Assembly (NCBI GenBank): GCA_039545335.1
Contig: BCIN01000006.1
Span: 744,001 to 808,000, forward strand
Length of the DNA stretch: 64,000 nucleotides
Reading direction: 5' to 3'
From: Kondoa subrosea
Taxonomy: Eukaryota
This document shows, one piece after another, positions 36,300 to 47,868 of the stretch. Each line of letters starts with the position of its first letter. The stretch's first letter is position 1. The notes under the pieces are model-generated. The model worked only from the letters and a program-made list of their open reading frames with translations. It was not told the origin of the DNA and searched no databases. A program made the translations under genes and the position numbers.

Positions 36300-37715
36300 C
36301 TATCGCTTTCCAAACAAGCCTATATTACTGCTCGGAGCCATACTAGTTCCCTCTTGATACGAGCTCCCTCCGCCCCAAAGTGACTGAGCGGGTGTCGTTC
36401 CATTCCTCTGGGGCACTGATCTTTGAGTTCCTCCCATAGTTGAAGGACCTGAGACAGAACCTAGCGGAACTGTACTTGCAGGGTATCGTTCTGAACCTTG
36501 ATACGAAGAACCGTCTGCATACAAAGTTTTCTGTCTCGTATTCGAAGTAGAAGGAGGATACAGGGATTGAGCGTAAGATGATTGAGGATATTGAGATTGA
36601 GTAGGAGCTGAAGAAGATGGATTAGAAGGTGGTAAGACTTTTCCACCAAAGATGGAAGAATTGGCATCTGATGAACCTGGTTTGTACGAAGAACTATAGT
36701 TGGACGGATTACTTCCTCCTTGCCAAGAAGATCCACCATCACCTTTCCAAGAAGAAGAAGCAGCTACTGTTAGTTTCCCGCTTTGCGATGTGATACCAGA
36801 AACAGAACCTGTAGTGAACGATCTAGCTGGATAACGCGAAGGAGGAGCTGCATTAGATGCGCCAGATTCACGAGTGACTGTGATATTAGGTATAGCTGTA
36901 CTCTTCATTGACCTATCATCGATAGATCTTCCATTAAGCGATTCTGGTACTGTTCCCTGACGTTTTCCAGCTTTGGAAGAAGTTCCTGATTTAGTCGAAG
37001 AAGCAACAGAAACAGTATCGGTGTTGTCTGGTATCGAACGAGCTAAAGAAGAAGAAAGTAAAGGTTGACCTGAATCTTGTCTTGCATGACCTGGTCTATG
37101 TTTCGTCTTTGACACGAAAGCGGATGGAGAGCGAGACGATCCATTATCTGATCCAGCTGCTGTTGTTCCGCCGCCTAAGTAAGAAGTAGCTGGATTACTT
37201 GCTGAATAGATCGACGGTTGAGCGTAAGAACCGTTGAAGATGCCAGCGGAAGCATTATTCGTCGAGTTACCGTAGCCTGATTTGCTATAGTTCGAGTCTA
37301 GAAAACCTGTTCCGCTGAGGCCATAACCGGTAGAAGAAGGCTGTACCGTCTGATCTGCGAATGGATCTGAAGGAAAGGGATTTGACATGGATGGTTGAGG
37401 ATAGAGAGGGGTAGAATTAGAAAGAGAAGATCCGCCAAAGGGTCTCCAACCTCTTGATTTGGAAGAAGAACGAACAGAGCCACCATAGCTAGAAACGCCG
37501 TCTTGGTAGCTGGAAAGATCTGCTGTAGATCCCGATGCAGCTGAACTTCCTTTCCGACTATGACTGAGAGAGGATAGGAAAGCTAGATCTTTGGCTTCTG
37601 ATGATCCAGAACATCTTCTAAAGACAAATATTGCGATAATGAAAGCTACTGTTCCTCCTGCACCAATACCGATGATCGCTGGTAGCGGTAACGGCAGATT
37701 GGAGCAATCAGACAT
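36300..37715 (-). CDS. Single-pass membrane protein with Ser/Gly/Tyr-rich disordered tail
   Basis: MSDCSNLPLPLPAIIGIGAGGTVAFIIAIFVFRR followed by over 400 aa of low-complexity sequence; 3' end may be spliced. Confidence 0.7.
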   Translation of the reverse strand: MSDCSNLPLPLPAIIGIGAGGTVAFIIAIFVFRRCSGSSEAKDLAFLSSLSHSRKGSSAASGSTADLSSYQDGVSSYGGSVRSSSKSRGWRPFGGSSLSNSTPLYPQPSMSNPFPSDPFADQTVQPSSTGYGLSGTGFLDSNYSKSGYGNSTNNASAGIFNGSYAQPSIYSASNPATSYLGGGTTAAGSDNGSSRSPSAFVSKTKHRPGHARQDSGQPLLSSSLARSIPDNTDTVSVASSTKSGTSSKAGKRQGTVPESLNGRSIDDRSMKSTAIPNITVTRESGASNAAPPSRYPARSFTTGSVSGITSQSGKLTVAASSSWKGDGGSSWQGGSNPSNYSSSYKPGSSDANSSIFGGKVLPPSNPSSSAPTQSQYPQSSYAQSLYPPSTSNTRQKTLYADGSSYQGSERYPASTVPLGSVSGPSTMGGTQRSVPQRNGTTPAQSLWGGGSSYQEGTSMAPSSNIGLFGKR

Positions 37716-38139
37716 TGAGATACATGAGAAGAGATCGAAAGAAATTGCGAAAAAAAGGTCCTGCCATGGGAAGCAACAACAAAGGGAATCTGGTAGAATT
37801 TTTGCGCCATTGCCAAGAGCATAGACAAGAACTGAAGGCGACTGCATAGAGCTACTGTAGCGATCGATATTCTATGAGCAAGCTCGCTCGTGTTCGTGAA
37901 GAATCTGATCTGTATACAAGGTTCGGCTTGCAAGATTCATACGTTGGATAATGATCATCGCTCTTGCTGATCTAGAGAGACATACTCTAATGCGAACGCC
38001 GCCGAGTTGCAGGGACGAATTATCGGTTTTGTACTTTGTTTGCTGGACCTTGATGATCACTTCTTGAGTTTTACTAGCAAGTGTCGGCGCATATAACGCT
38101 GGGATACCAGGAGAGTCTTCAAGATAGGACCAGCTTTCC

Positions 38140-38864
38140 TTAGACCACGCCATATTCTTCTCGGTCTAACATGCATTATCAGCATATACTTCTTCAAATT
38201 GGTAAGCTCGCTCAAGCCCACATTTTCGCATAGCTCTGAGATGCTCTTGCATGTCTTCCTTGTCCTCTAAGAAGCCAATGATGTTCTGAAGCGTCATGAC
38301 CGCAATGATAGGTACGCCTGTCTCCTTCTGAATCTCTTGAACAGCGCTTTCTTTCGAGTCTTTCCCTCTCTCTTGCCTATCTAAGCTCTCCGTTATCCCA
38401 ACTAGCTGACCTCCTTCCTGCTTGATTAATTCTATCGCTTCCCTGATTGCTGTACCAGCAGTAATCACATCATCCAAGATCATAACTCTCTTTCCCTTCA
38501 TTGGCGCTCCTACTAATGATCCACCTTCACCATGAGTCTTCGCTTCTTTTCTATTATAAGCAAACCCAACACTTTTGCCCGAAAGTCTTTGCAATTCCAC
38601 AACAGTTATTGCAGCTAAAGCGATTCCTTTATAAGCAGGACCGAAAAGCACATCGAATTCGATCCCAGAATCAATAATTGCTTGAGCGAAACATGTTGCT
38701 AGAGTTGCTAATTGAGAACCAGAGTAAAGTAGACCAGCGTTGAAAAAATAAGGTGAGATGCGGCCGGATTTCAAGGTGAATGAGCCAAATAACAGAACGT
38801 TGCTGTTCAGGCAGGTCTGAATTAGAGCGCTGGTGCTCGCACTGGTGCTTGAGGAGGAAGTCAT
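38140..38864 (-). CDS. URA5: Orotate phosphoribosyltransferase
   Basis: FGSFTLKSGRISPYFFNAG, FGPAYKGI, YNRKEAKTHGEGG, ILDDVITAGTA; one late intron gives YREEYGVV*. Confidence 0.97.
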
Positions 38865-39099
38865 TGTACCGGTGCAAGAGACTTCAATTCGAAATCTCTT
38901 GAATGTTGACTATGTACAGGCGACTGATGTGCTGTAATATCCGTCTATAGCGCTGCTAGACTATATATCCCACGAGCTGCTCCCATACCAGAGACTGGAT
39001 AAGCCTGGCTCTGGACGGTCGAGCATATAAAGAGGTTGCTGCGCTATACCACTGTGGTTTCTTTATGCACTAGCTCGTCACTATAGTCTCAGCGTAGCA

Positions 39100-40762
39100 A
39101 TGCTGCGATCTAGACTTACAATACTGGCTTCGAATCTCCTTCGCAAGCCTGTGCAAGCGAATATTCATGCTGCCAATGTCGTCAAGTCTCCCTATAATTC
39201 TTCTCTTCCGATATTTGGCTCGGCTTGTTTCTCTCTTACTCTAGTCTTTCCCGTATCAGCTAGAAGCTTTAGCACGACGCGTATCTTATCCCAAACCTCT
39301 TCCCAATCATCATCAAATCAAGCTGCAACAATCACCTCAGAACAAGAAGCAGAAGAACCTGATTCTCTTCATATGTTATGTACGATCTTTGATTCTCAAG
39401 GTTCAAAGAAGAACATCAATTCCAAAATCAGTAAAGCAGATCTTTGCGCCAAACATGGTTTACAACCTAGAGATCTAAGGAAAATAGATAGTACAATACC
39501 TAATTCACCAAGAGCTACAATTTTAGCAAGACCTGAATGTATTTTGGTCAATATTAGACAATCGAGAGTACTGATTAAGAAAGATTGCGTTTGGGTTGTG
39601 CATGCGGATTTGGAAGATGGGTCGGAAGATCAAAAGAAATTCAATAAGTTCGTGGTAGCTTTGCAGAGGAAATTGCAAAGTCTAGTTAGGCTGGCTTATG
39701 AACATCGGTGAGTCAAGTTGTCAGACTTCTGCTAGCTTAGGCTGATTCAAAAGTAGAGCATTAGATGCTGTGCTCAGTGCTGCAACTTCGGAACTGGAAG
39801 AAGAGATGCAGGATGTCAGATTGAGAGTATTGAAAGTACTTGATGATTTGGCCGAGACTATGGGTAAACCCCATGATTGATTTATCTTTGGTTTGGCTGA
39901 TGATCGAGTAGTACCTTCGGAGCTTCAAGCCTTGTTGCTTGATACTCGCAAGCTATCGGCTTTCCATAAGTAAGCAAGAACATCGATTGATCGACAAGGT
40001 CTGATTGGATACTTGCAGGAAAGCCTTATCAGTACAAACGGCAATAGACGAAGTGCTCGGTCAAGATGAAGATCTCAATATGATGTACCTCACTGCACCT
40101 CGAGCAGACATCACCGGAACTGATCATCAGGAAATCGAAATCTTGCTGGAATCATATTCTCGTCCGTGCACATCAGTCTTTAGCAGCTTTGTTTGCTTAG
40201 GTTCTGATTATCTGGACAGAACAAGTGGAAGAGATTGTCAATGAAGCTTCAGCACTAGAAGTAAGTTTGCCTTCGATCCTCGAGGTGAATGTAATCGAGT
40301 GATCGCAGGACAATGTTATGCAAACCCGAAGCGTCATAGAACTGCTGCTCGATACTTCTCGCAATAGACTGATCATCTTAGATCTAAGGATATCGTACGG
40401 TTTCTGCTTTTGCCGTTCGAAGTAACCTGAAGGGTATACATTACAGCATCCTGACTATGGGTTTCGGTGCTGGTGCATTAGTAGCAGGACTATTTGGAAT
40501 GAATGTGAGTCTTTTTTCTTCGCTCTCTCACGCATACTCATTCTTTTGATAGTTGACACACGGTTGGGAAGAAGACCCGTCCGCATTCACGCAAGTCACA
40601 GCTGGAGCTCTCATACTGGCTACTCTACTGGTCGCAGCTGGACTAAAGCGACTGCTTGTGGTGGGTAATGTTGGGTTGGGTAGATGGCCTTCGAGGGTAG
40701 CGAAGTTGCAAGAGCGGAGATATTTGGAGAAGAAGAGATTGAATGGTTCCACGACGGTTTGA
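39100..40762 (+). CDS. MRS2: Mitochondrial CorA-family Mg2+ channel (Mrs2/Lpe10-like)
   Basis: Presequence; KADLCAKHGLQPRDLRKID, YEHRALD, DEDLNMMYLT, EIEILLESY, LLDTSRNRL, AGLFGMN|LTHGWEE. Confidence 0.9.
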
Positions 40763-40925
40763 AGAGGTTGAGTTGAATGATTGGATCCAAGCATTAAGAT
40801 ACCCCTACATTTGTCTTGCATAGTGCTCGTCATATTTTGCTTCGGCCGCCTGACTGCTAACAGCAACCTAGCAAATTCAGCTCTGCCCTCTATTCATCAA
40901 ATAGACGTGCCTCTTGCTGCTCAGT

Positions 40926-42647
40926 ATGACTCAGTCCGCTGTCAGCCTTTCACGCTTCCTAATAAATACACAAGAATTGATAAATATGTAATGGTGTACA
41001 GCTGCCTGTGTTCTCAGCTTCGGACTACACCAAGTTCCTCTTGGCTGGCTCAACATGCTGTTTAGCTACTCATGGAGCAAGTGTGTCTTGTCGCTATCTC
41101 ACAATTCTTGAATTCGAAGTTAATAATGCATTTTTGACAGTGACGCCTATTGATGTGAGACCGCACTGCAGCGGTCGTGTCAGATTTCAGCTGATGCGGT
41201 GTGGTTGTGCTCTCACAGGTGATCAAGACAAGGATCCAAATGTGAGTACGGTATTACGGCATGACTGATTAAAGCTCAAGTCTTTCGTAGTGATCCACAA
41301 CACAAAGGGCAGAACATGTTGACAGCTGGAAGGAGTATAGTCGCAAAGTAAGGTGTCAGGCATTCTTAGCTAAGTATATCAGCTTTAGACTGTTTGTTAT
41401 CCACAGAAGCGGACCTTCTGTACTTATGACTGGCTTTGGACCAACAGCAGTCGGCTATCTGTTACAAGGAGGAGCTAAATTTGTATGTCCCGCACTACCT
41501 TATCTTCTCGCTGCTGAAGTGCTATCAGGCTGGATACGAATACTGGTAATCCTGATCCATTTCGCTCTGTTGCTACTCTAAGAATTCGTACAGGAAGCTC
41601 AAGCTCATTCAGTATGCTGGAGGATCAGAAGCAGCTCTACCACATCGGACCGCAATCTACCTGACAGGAGCAGCTCTAGCTGAATTCTTTGCTGATATCC
41701 TGCTTACTCCTTGCGAAGCTGTTCGAATTCGTTTGGTTAGCGGTAGGGCACTGGCGATATGAGCATATGTCCTGTCTGATCGGATCATAGATCCCAAATA
41801 CGCCAGCGGTTTCTTCCCTGCTTTCGCTAGAATGGCCGCAGAAGGCGGAGTCAGAGAATTTTGTGAGTTGAGACGCAGGTGTTGCCCTTTGACACAGCTC
41901 ATGATCTGTCTAGATGCTGGCTTCATTCCAATATTACTAAAACAGGTCTTTCTCGCTTCAAATTTGCAGATGAATTAGGCTGACGGAAGTTAGGTCCCAT
42001 ACGCTCTTGGTCAATTTACAGTAAACGAATGGATGCACGAAACTGGTCAGTAGCTGTCTGCTCGTCAGACAAAAATTGCTAATATATCTTGGATAGTCGA
42101 CAAAAGCATGTCGAAAGAAACCAAAGCTCAATTGGGACCCATCTCAAACAAGCTCATAACGCTCGGATGCGGTGTTGTAGCAGGAACAGCAGCTGCTATT
42201 CTTTCCCAACCTGCAGATACGCTTCTGAGTCAGATCAATAAAGGAAAAGGTGGAAGTGGTTCTGTCGTTTCGAAATTGGTTCAGTTGTCGAAAGAAGCTG
42301 GCCCGATTGGTCTGTTCTCTGGCTTGGGCCCTAGGATGTGCGTTGAGAAGTTCATATCGCAATCATTGACTCATGCCTGTCTCTCAAAAGCGTCATGACG
42401 GCTGGATTGGTTTCTGGTCAAGTAGGTCCTCTTTGTTTGATGTTTCGTCCACGCTTAATGCTCTACTTTCCAGTTCTTCCTGTACCAGGTCGTAAAAGAC
42501 GCGTATGTGTCCAATGTGAATCTGAGATGACGCTAAAGACATACTCTTTTAGTGTTGGCGCAAAACCTGGAGTTGAACGTGAGTAGAATTATTGATTATC
42601 CTATGCTTTTATCTGATGCTGTTATCATAGTACACAAAGTTGCCTAA
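40926..42647 (+). CDS. MIR1: Mitochondrial phosphate carrier (SLC25, Mir1/Pic2 family)
   Basis: THGA.TPIDVIKTRIQ, GFGPTAVGYLLQGGAKF, AEFFADILLTPCEAVRIRLVS, AGFIPILLKQVPY, LSQPADTLLSQINK; many micro-exons. Confidence 0.9.
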
Positions 42648-42897
42648 TCCCCATGCAAGACCGAAATGAAATATCTGCCGAAACACAACTAGATTAGCTA
42701 TCAATTGTATATAGATTCAGAGATGGAATATAGATTCGAGGAATTCAGTAAACGGTTTTCTAGGCCAAAGCATGTCATCAAACGAACGCAATAAGCAATT
42801 CTTAACAGTACCCAGTGCTTTAACGATATCAAATAGATATCGATCATCATATGAAACGACAGAGGAGCAGAGAACAGGGATTTGAAGCAAACTCACA

Positions 42898-44502
42898 CTA
42901 TATCCCAAATGTCGCATTGAATTGAGCAGCCATAGCAGCGAAATTCAAAGGCCGATTTCCTTCTTCCGAGCTTGAAGAGTCGCTACTGTCTGCTCCGTCA
43001 ATCCCATCTCCTTCTTCTTCTTCAGTCGACCACTCATTATCCTCTCCCTCTCCGTGATCATCTTCATCCTCATCGGTTGATCCGTCGGTGCTCGTCATAT
43101 CTTCTGCTTTACCCTTGACGTATATAATCCCTTTCTCTTCACATGCTTCTCTTAAAGTTTCGTGCATTGTCAAGTTTGTTAAATCATCCAGAAAAACGGG
43201 TAAGAAGTACAACTCCTTCAATTGTGGGAATATGTCTTGGTTGATATATCCAATCACATTTTCAATGTGTAAATCTTGGCATTTCGAGAAAGAGATTTCT
43301 TTGACTGCTGATCCTGAGAATCGTTTGAACCATTCAGGTGAAGCGTCCACTTTGACGAAAATGAGGAATTTCAAACAAGGTAGATCAAAAGGTGTGTAAT
43401 CGTTGAGATCATTCTCTTCGCCACTGATTTCCAGGTTGGCTAATTCTAGGACTTGTAGATGTGGACCGTGAAAAGAAATCAAAGAAGTGATTGGGTTCTT
43501 TAATCGATCGTTCTCTCCGCCTACTTCGTCTTCTATATCGTCCAGCCGAAGATGCTTGATCTTGCAAGTCCATTCACGTTCGCTGAATACGATATGAGCA
43601 TGGTACAAGCTATTAATGACATTCAAACCTACACCCAGGACTTGTGAAAGATGTCGCTATCCGTTATATCCAGCGTAGTCAGATGCGCCAGAGTAGGTAA
43701 AACTTCCACGAGCGACGTTGGTATACGTTGCCTTGACGCAGGTCTTTCCCATACAGAATCCAGTTCAAGATGTCGCAAGTGAGGTAAATCGAGAAAGAAA
43801 GTCGCACTCAAACCACAGTCATAAGAATCAACCACCGAGACTACTAGGTTGACAAGACTTGATTTATGTCGATGAATTGCGTTCCTAAGAGCCAAGTAGC
43901 GAGGAGTATGAGGATCTATGTCGATGTTGATAGTTTTGAGATTTTGAAGAATAGATTGCAGAAGTACTATTACTAAAGCCACGCGTTCTTTGGAGACTGG
44001 TGGGTCGTCATCGAAGTCGTCTTCGTCGTCCGAGTCTTCATCTGTCTCATCTCGACCATTGAACATTCGAGCAGTGAAATGCTTGATATATTTCACATAA
44101 GGCCCTGTATCAAACAGCTCCAGAAGATTATATAGAGCAGTGATTCGATTGTCCGTGACATCCAGTGCCTATAATCAAAGTCTGTCAGCCTAGACCTCAG
44201 CTGTAGCTCGACATTGACTCACTTGCCATATCAGCGGTGTACATAAATCATAGAATGCCTTGTTGGTTTCTCTAAGTGACCAAATATCCGCAAAGTCAGA
44301 AACCATATCCTCTGGAAACCTAGCTCAGTTTCAAGAACTTTTCGCAAGATGATTACTTTTTTTTATCGAGCAGCACTCACGCGAAATATTGATCAGGAGG
44401 ACAATCACAGCTGATCTCGTAGGCTGCAATGGCAATATTCTTCCATAATTCAGGCGGTAAGGAGGAGAAATCTGTAGGCTTTCGAGTTATCGAGTCGGTC
44501 AT
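42898..44502 (-). CDS. F-box/LRR-like protein with acidic tail
   Basis: FSSLPPELWKNIA F-box-like start; LRR-like LPHLRHLEL, LAHLTTLDI, LQVLEL, LPCLKFL, FPQLKELY; 3' end may be spliced further. Confidence 0.65.
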
Positions 44503-44541
44503 GGTTGAGAGCAACAAGCGTAGACCCAATTTTTGGGAGCA
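44503..44541. promoter_or_regulatory. Very short divergent spacer between the F-box/LRR gene and the GGQ rescue factor
   Basis: 39 bp between opposing ATGs. Confidence 0.45.
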
Positions 44542-45138
44542 ATGCAAGCAGCTTTCCGGGCTCTGGTACAACTGAGAACAGCTACAAGGGCTGTGTCCAA
44601 CAAGGCTTACTTTGGTCGAATGCCTGCTTTAGTGGAAGCGGATCTCGAAGAATCGTTTGTCAAAGGATCAGGTCCAGGTGGTCAAGCTATCAATAAGAGT
44701 ATGCATCCTGTGCTTGTAGTCGGTTGTAAATACCAATCCAGCTGTCTCTATAGCGAATATCAGTGTTTCTTTGATTCACCGACCGACCGGTACTCGAGTT
44801 CAATGCCATCAAACTAGATCAAGAGAGCGAAACAGAGAGCTGGCGAGAAGGATCTTACGCGAGAAGGTGCTTCTTCTTCTAAAAGCTTGTAGGCTATTTT
44901 ATGCTGAAGTTTACATTAGTTGGACTTGCTATTCAACCCTGGTAATTCAGTAGTAGAGCAGAAATGGGACAAAGAGCGAGCAAAGAAGCTAGCCAAGCTT
45001 AGGAAGACTAAACGGAAATTGAAGCAAAAGACAGAGGGCGAAGAAAGAGAGGGGGAGCTGCCGCCAGAAGGATCGCGAGAAGATAAGAAAGAGGAAGAGA
45101 GCATACCAAGTGAAACAGAGAAAAGAGTTCTGGATTGA
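44542..45138 (+). CDS. MTRFR: Mitochondrial GGQ peptidyl-tRNA hydrolase / ribosome rescue factor (C12orf65/mtRF-R-like)
   Basis: LEESFVKGSGPGGQAINK, LIHRPTGTRVQCHQTRSRERNRELARRIL, basic C-terminal helix. Confidence 0.85.
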
Positions 45139-45286
45139 TTATGTATTTGCTTGCGTTCCTCTATTCTGTTAATATGGCAGGTATTGCCCGATTTCATTTG
45201 AAGATGACATTTCCTCCAATATCCACTCTACATAGCGCGCCATCCTGCAATAAGCTACTGTCAGAATGTTTGACACATACGATAAC

Positions 45287-46313
45287 AAAAGCTAGCTCAC
45301 TTCTGCCTCATACTGATGGTACCACTCTCCCGGTCTGACTTCGATAGCATCTCCAGCAGGAATGTTCGGTCTGGGGAGCTCACCAAAAAAAGTTGCTGCA
45401 GCATAAGGTGTTATTCGCTTAGCAATAAAGTGTTGATCGGCATGTGGAAGAAGTCTCAGGTGGTACTGAGCCGTCTCGGCATTTGAGGGAAGTCTTGCAA
45501 AGGTATAATGGTTAGGCAGCGCATTGCCTGCAGGTCCAACGATAGCTCGCTGATAAGCAACCCAAACCTAAACAGATACAAAGTTGAGTCAGTACTCTTC
45601 CGCTTATAAAGTGGAGGGAAAACAGCTCACTTCTTGAGTATTCGTGATCAAGATACCATCCGCTTTAGGTGGGAAACCTAGAAAGAATGGATGCTCGCCA
45701 GCTATGGTAGTCTTGCCACTTGTGTCGACGCCGCGAGGTGATCCTGGTAATTGTGGTACCAATTCGAGGTCTGAAGGTTTTCGGGTGCTTGCAGAACCAG
45801 GCCCGTATTGTAGCGTACCGAACAATGGCCAGAGCCTCTGCCACTCTGTAGATGCCTTCCTCAGCAATCAATCGATTCGATATGACATACGAAGCTCGCC
45901 TTGAAAAAGAGTACGCCTTTCAGCAGTATTGACATATCTGCTGGTCTCTGGTAATGACACATAGAAAGGTCTTGTTAAAAGGAAAGGGTGAGCCTGAATT
46001 TCTTCTGGTCGATCTAAGAACAGCTGTGAGGATCTCAAAATTGGATTACGACCATGAATCTTACACTGCTGTCGGATACCAGCTTCTCCAACCATTACGG
46101 GTCCGTATAGAGCTACATCTGGCTGAGCGGAATTGAAACCGAAGAAAGGTGCATTTGAGCTAGTTTGGTGCCCAGTGAAAGGCAAAGGTGAACGAGGGGA
46201 AGTGTTAGGCGCAGCTGAGTACGGCTGCAGCGGCTGATAATACACTATTGGAGGATGCACAGGAGAAATAGGTTGATTGCCCGTCGGCCGGTTGGGCTGT
46301 TGAGTAATGGCCA
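45287..46313 (-). CDS. Hypothetical protein
   Basis: Adjacent minus-strand ORFs 45868-46545 and 45604-45867 plus a downstream spliced exon; no recognised domain. Confidence 0.4.
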
Positions 46314-47109
46314 TACTACCTCGCCGAAGATGTGCTCCAGTGTTGATCTGCAATGTCCGATGAGCGGAAGGAACGCTGCTCGAAACCCTGTCTGGATTTT
46401 GGGTCGGTATAAGACCTGTACAAAGGGAAATCACTATTTGTTCTTTATAATTGGAACAACTGCTCGCCTTGTATCTGTTGAGTGGGAGGTACAAGATGCT
46501 TGACTGTCGCATTTGAAATTTGGTTTTGCAACGGATATCCAGCATCTGAAGATCTATTATTACTCATTTGCAAGAAACCCTATTGTACCCAAGGACTTAC
46601 GGCCTGGCATCAATCCAATAGCAGGAGTAGAAAAGGCAGCAGGGTTTGGACTAGGATGCCCGTAAGATCTGCTTTCAGGTCGAATTTCGGAAGTAACAAT
46701 GAGAGGGCTCTGATCGACAGCTTTGGACGTGGGCGGAGACATTGTGGTGATTCGAAAAAGAATAACGAGAGTATGAGGAAAGAACAGAGAGGAAAAGATT
46801 GAAATGTCAGGTCAGCGAAAAAGCTCGATGAAAGGAATCGATCGGACAAGAAGATGTCTTTGCGATAGCATACACTGATGCGTCCATAAGTGCTAAGCGG
46901 ATCTTCGCTGACATCCAGAAAGACTGAGCCGACGGAACAAATGAGGCTGATAATTCAATGAATGAATGGCCGTGCAATAAATAATTTCTACATACGATCA
47001 ACCTGCGATGCTCTGCAGTCATTCGAGCGACGCTTCACTTTACTGGCACGCGAGATTGACCACACACGCCAAAAACACAACAAATGATTCGTTCGACTGA
47101 TCCACGACA

Positions 47110-47634
47110 ATGGCAGCCTCGCCAATAAGCTACGAGCAGCTGAAGTTGCTCGAACCAGGAGTGCTGAGCGAAGGCAAGCTCCCTTCTTGCAACAAGGCAA
47201 GCCAGGAGTTAACAAGGTTCATCAGAAATCAGCAGGCTGCAGAACTCGATAGCGCATCTAGAGGTGGATACTACTGGCTAAGACTTGGAGATCATACTGA
47301 CGACTATCTAGCGATCCAATTTACAGCTGGAAGAAGCGTTCGCAGAAGACCCAGATCCAGTTTGGTCAACCTCTTTGCGAGAGAATCTGGTTGTTATGTA
47401 AGTCCCTCGCCCTGATCGCTATGCCGTCGTAATGATCTTCTCAGTCAGACCCAGCGAGATCGGATAGACTTGATCAAGAAGGCCTTGGACGAAATATGGG
47501 GCATTGACGCATCAAGTCATTATGCAGCTCCGGAGACCATTGTCTCGCCTTCAGTACACACTGCAAACGCGACTCGTATTTCGAATGGTCTGGGAGATAC
47601 TACGCCAGATGAAGACGATGGCATGCATCTTTAA
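47110..47634 (+). CDS. Hypothetical protein
   Basis: ORF 47110-47397 followed by a gtaagt...cag intron and a plausible second exon; no motif. Confidence 0.35.
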
Positions 47635-47868
47635 TTTCCAAGGTGGTCTGCGCACTCGTTGACAATCTCGTGCACATGCTGTGAGCATATGTTGGCCTTT
47701 CAGATAAGGTACGATCTGTTCGATTCTGCTCGTCCGTGAAATAAATCTCAACTGTTAACATCAATGAAAAGTAATGCAAGATTAATAATGCAACCTAGAC
47801 AACCCAATGTATAATAACAAATGTACAAGTGAACATGCTACTCGACACACCTATTCTACCTTTGACTT

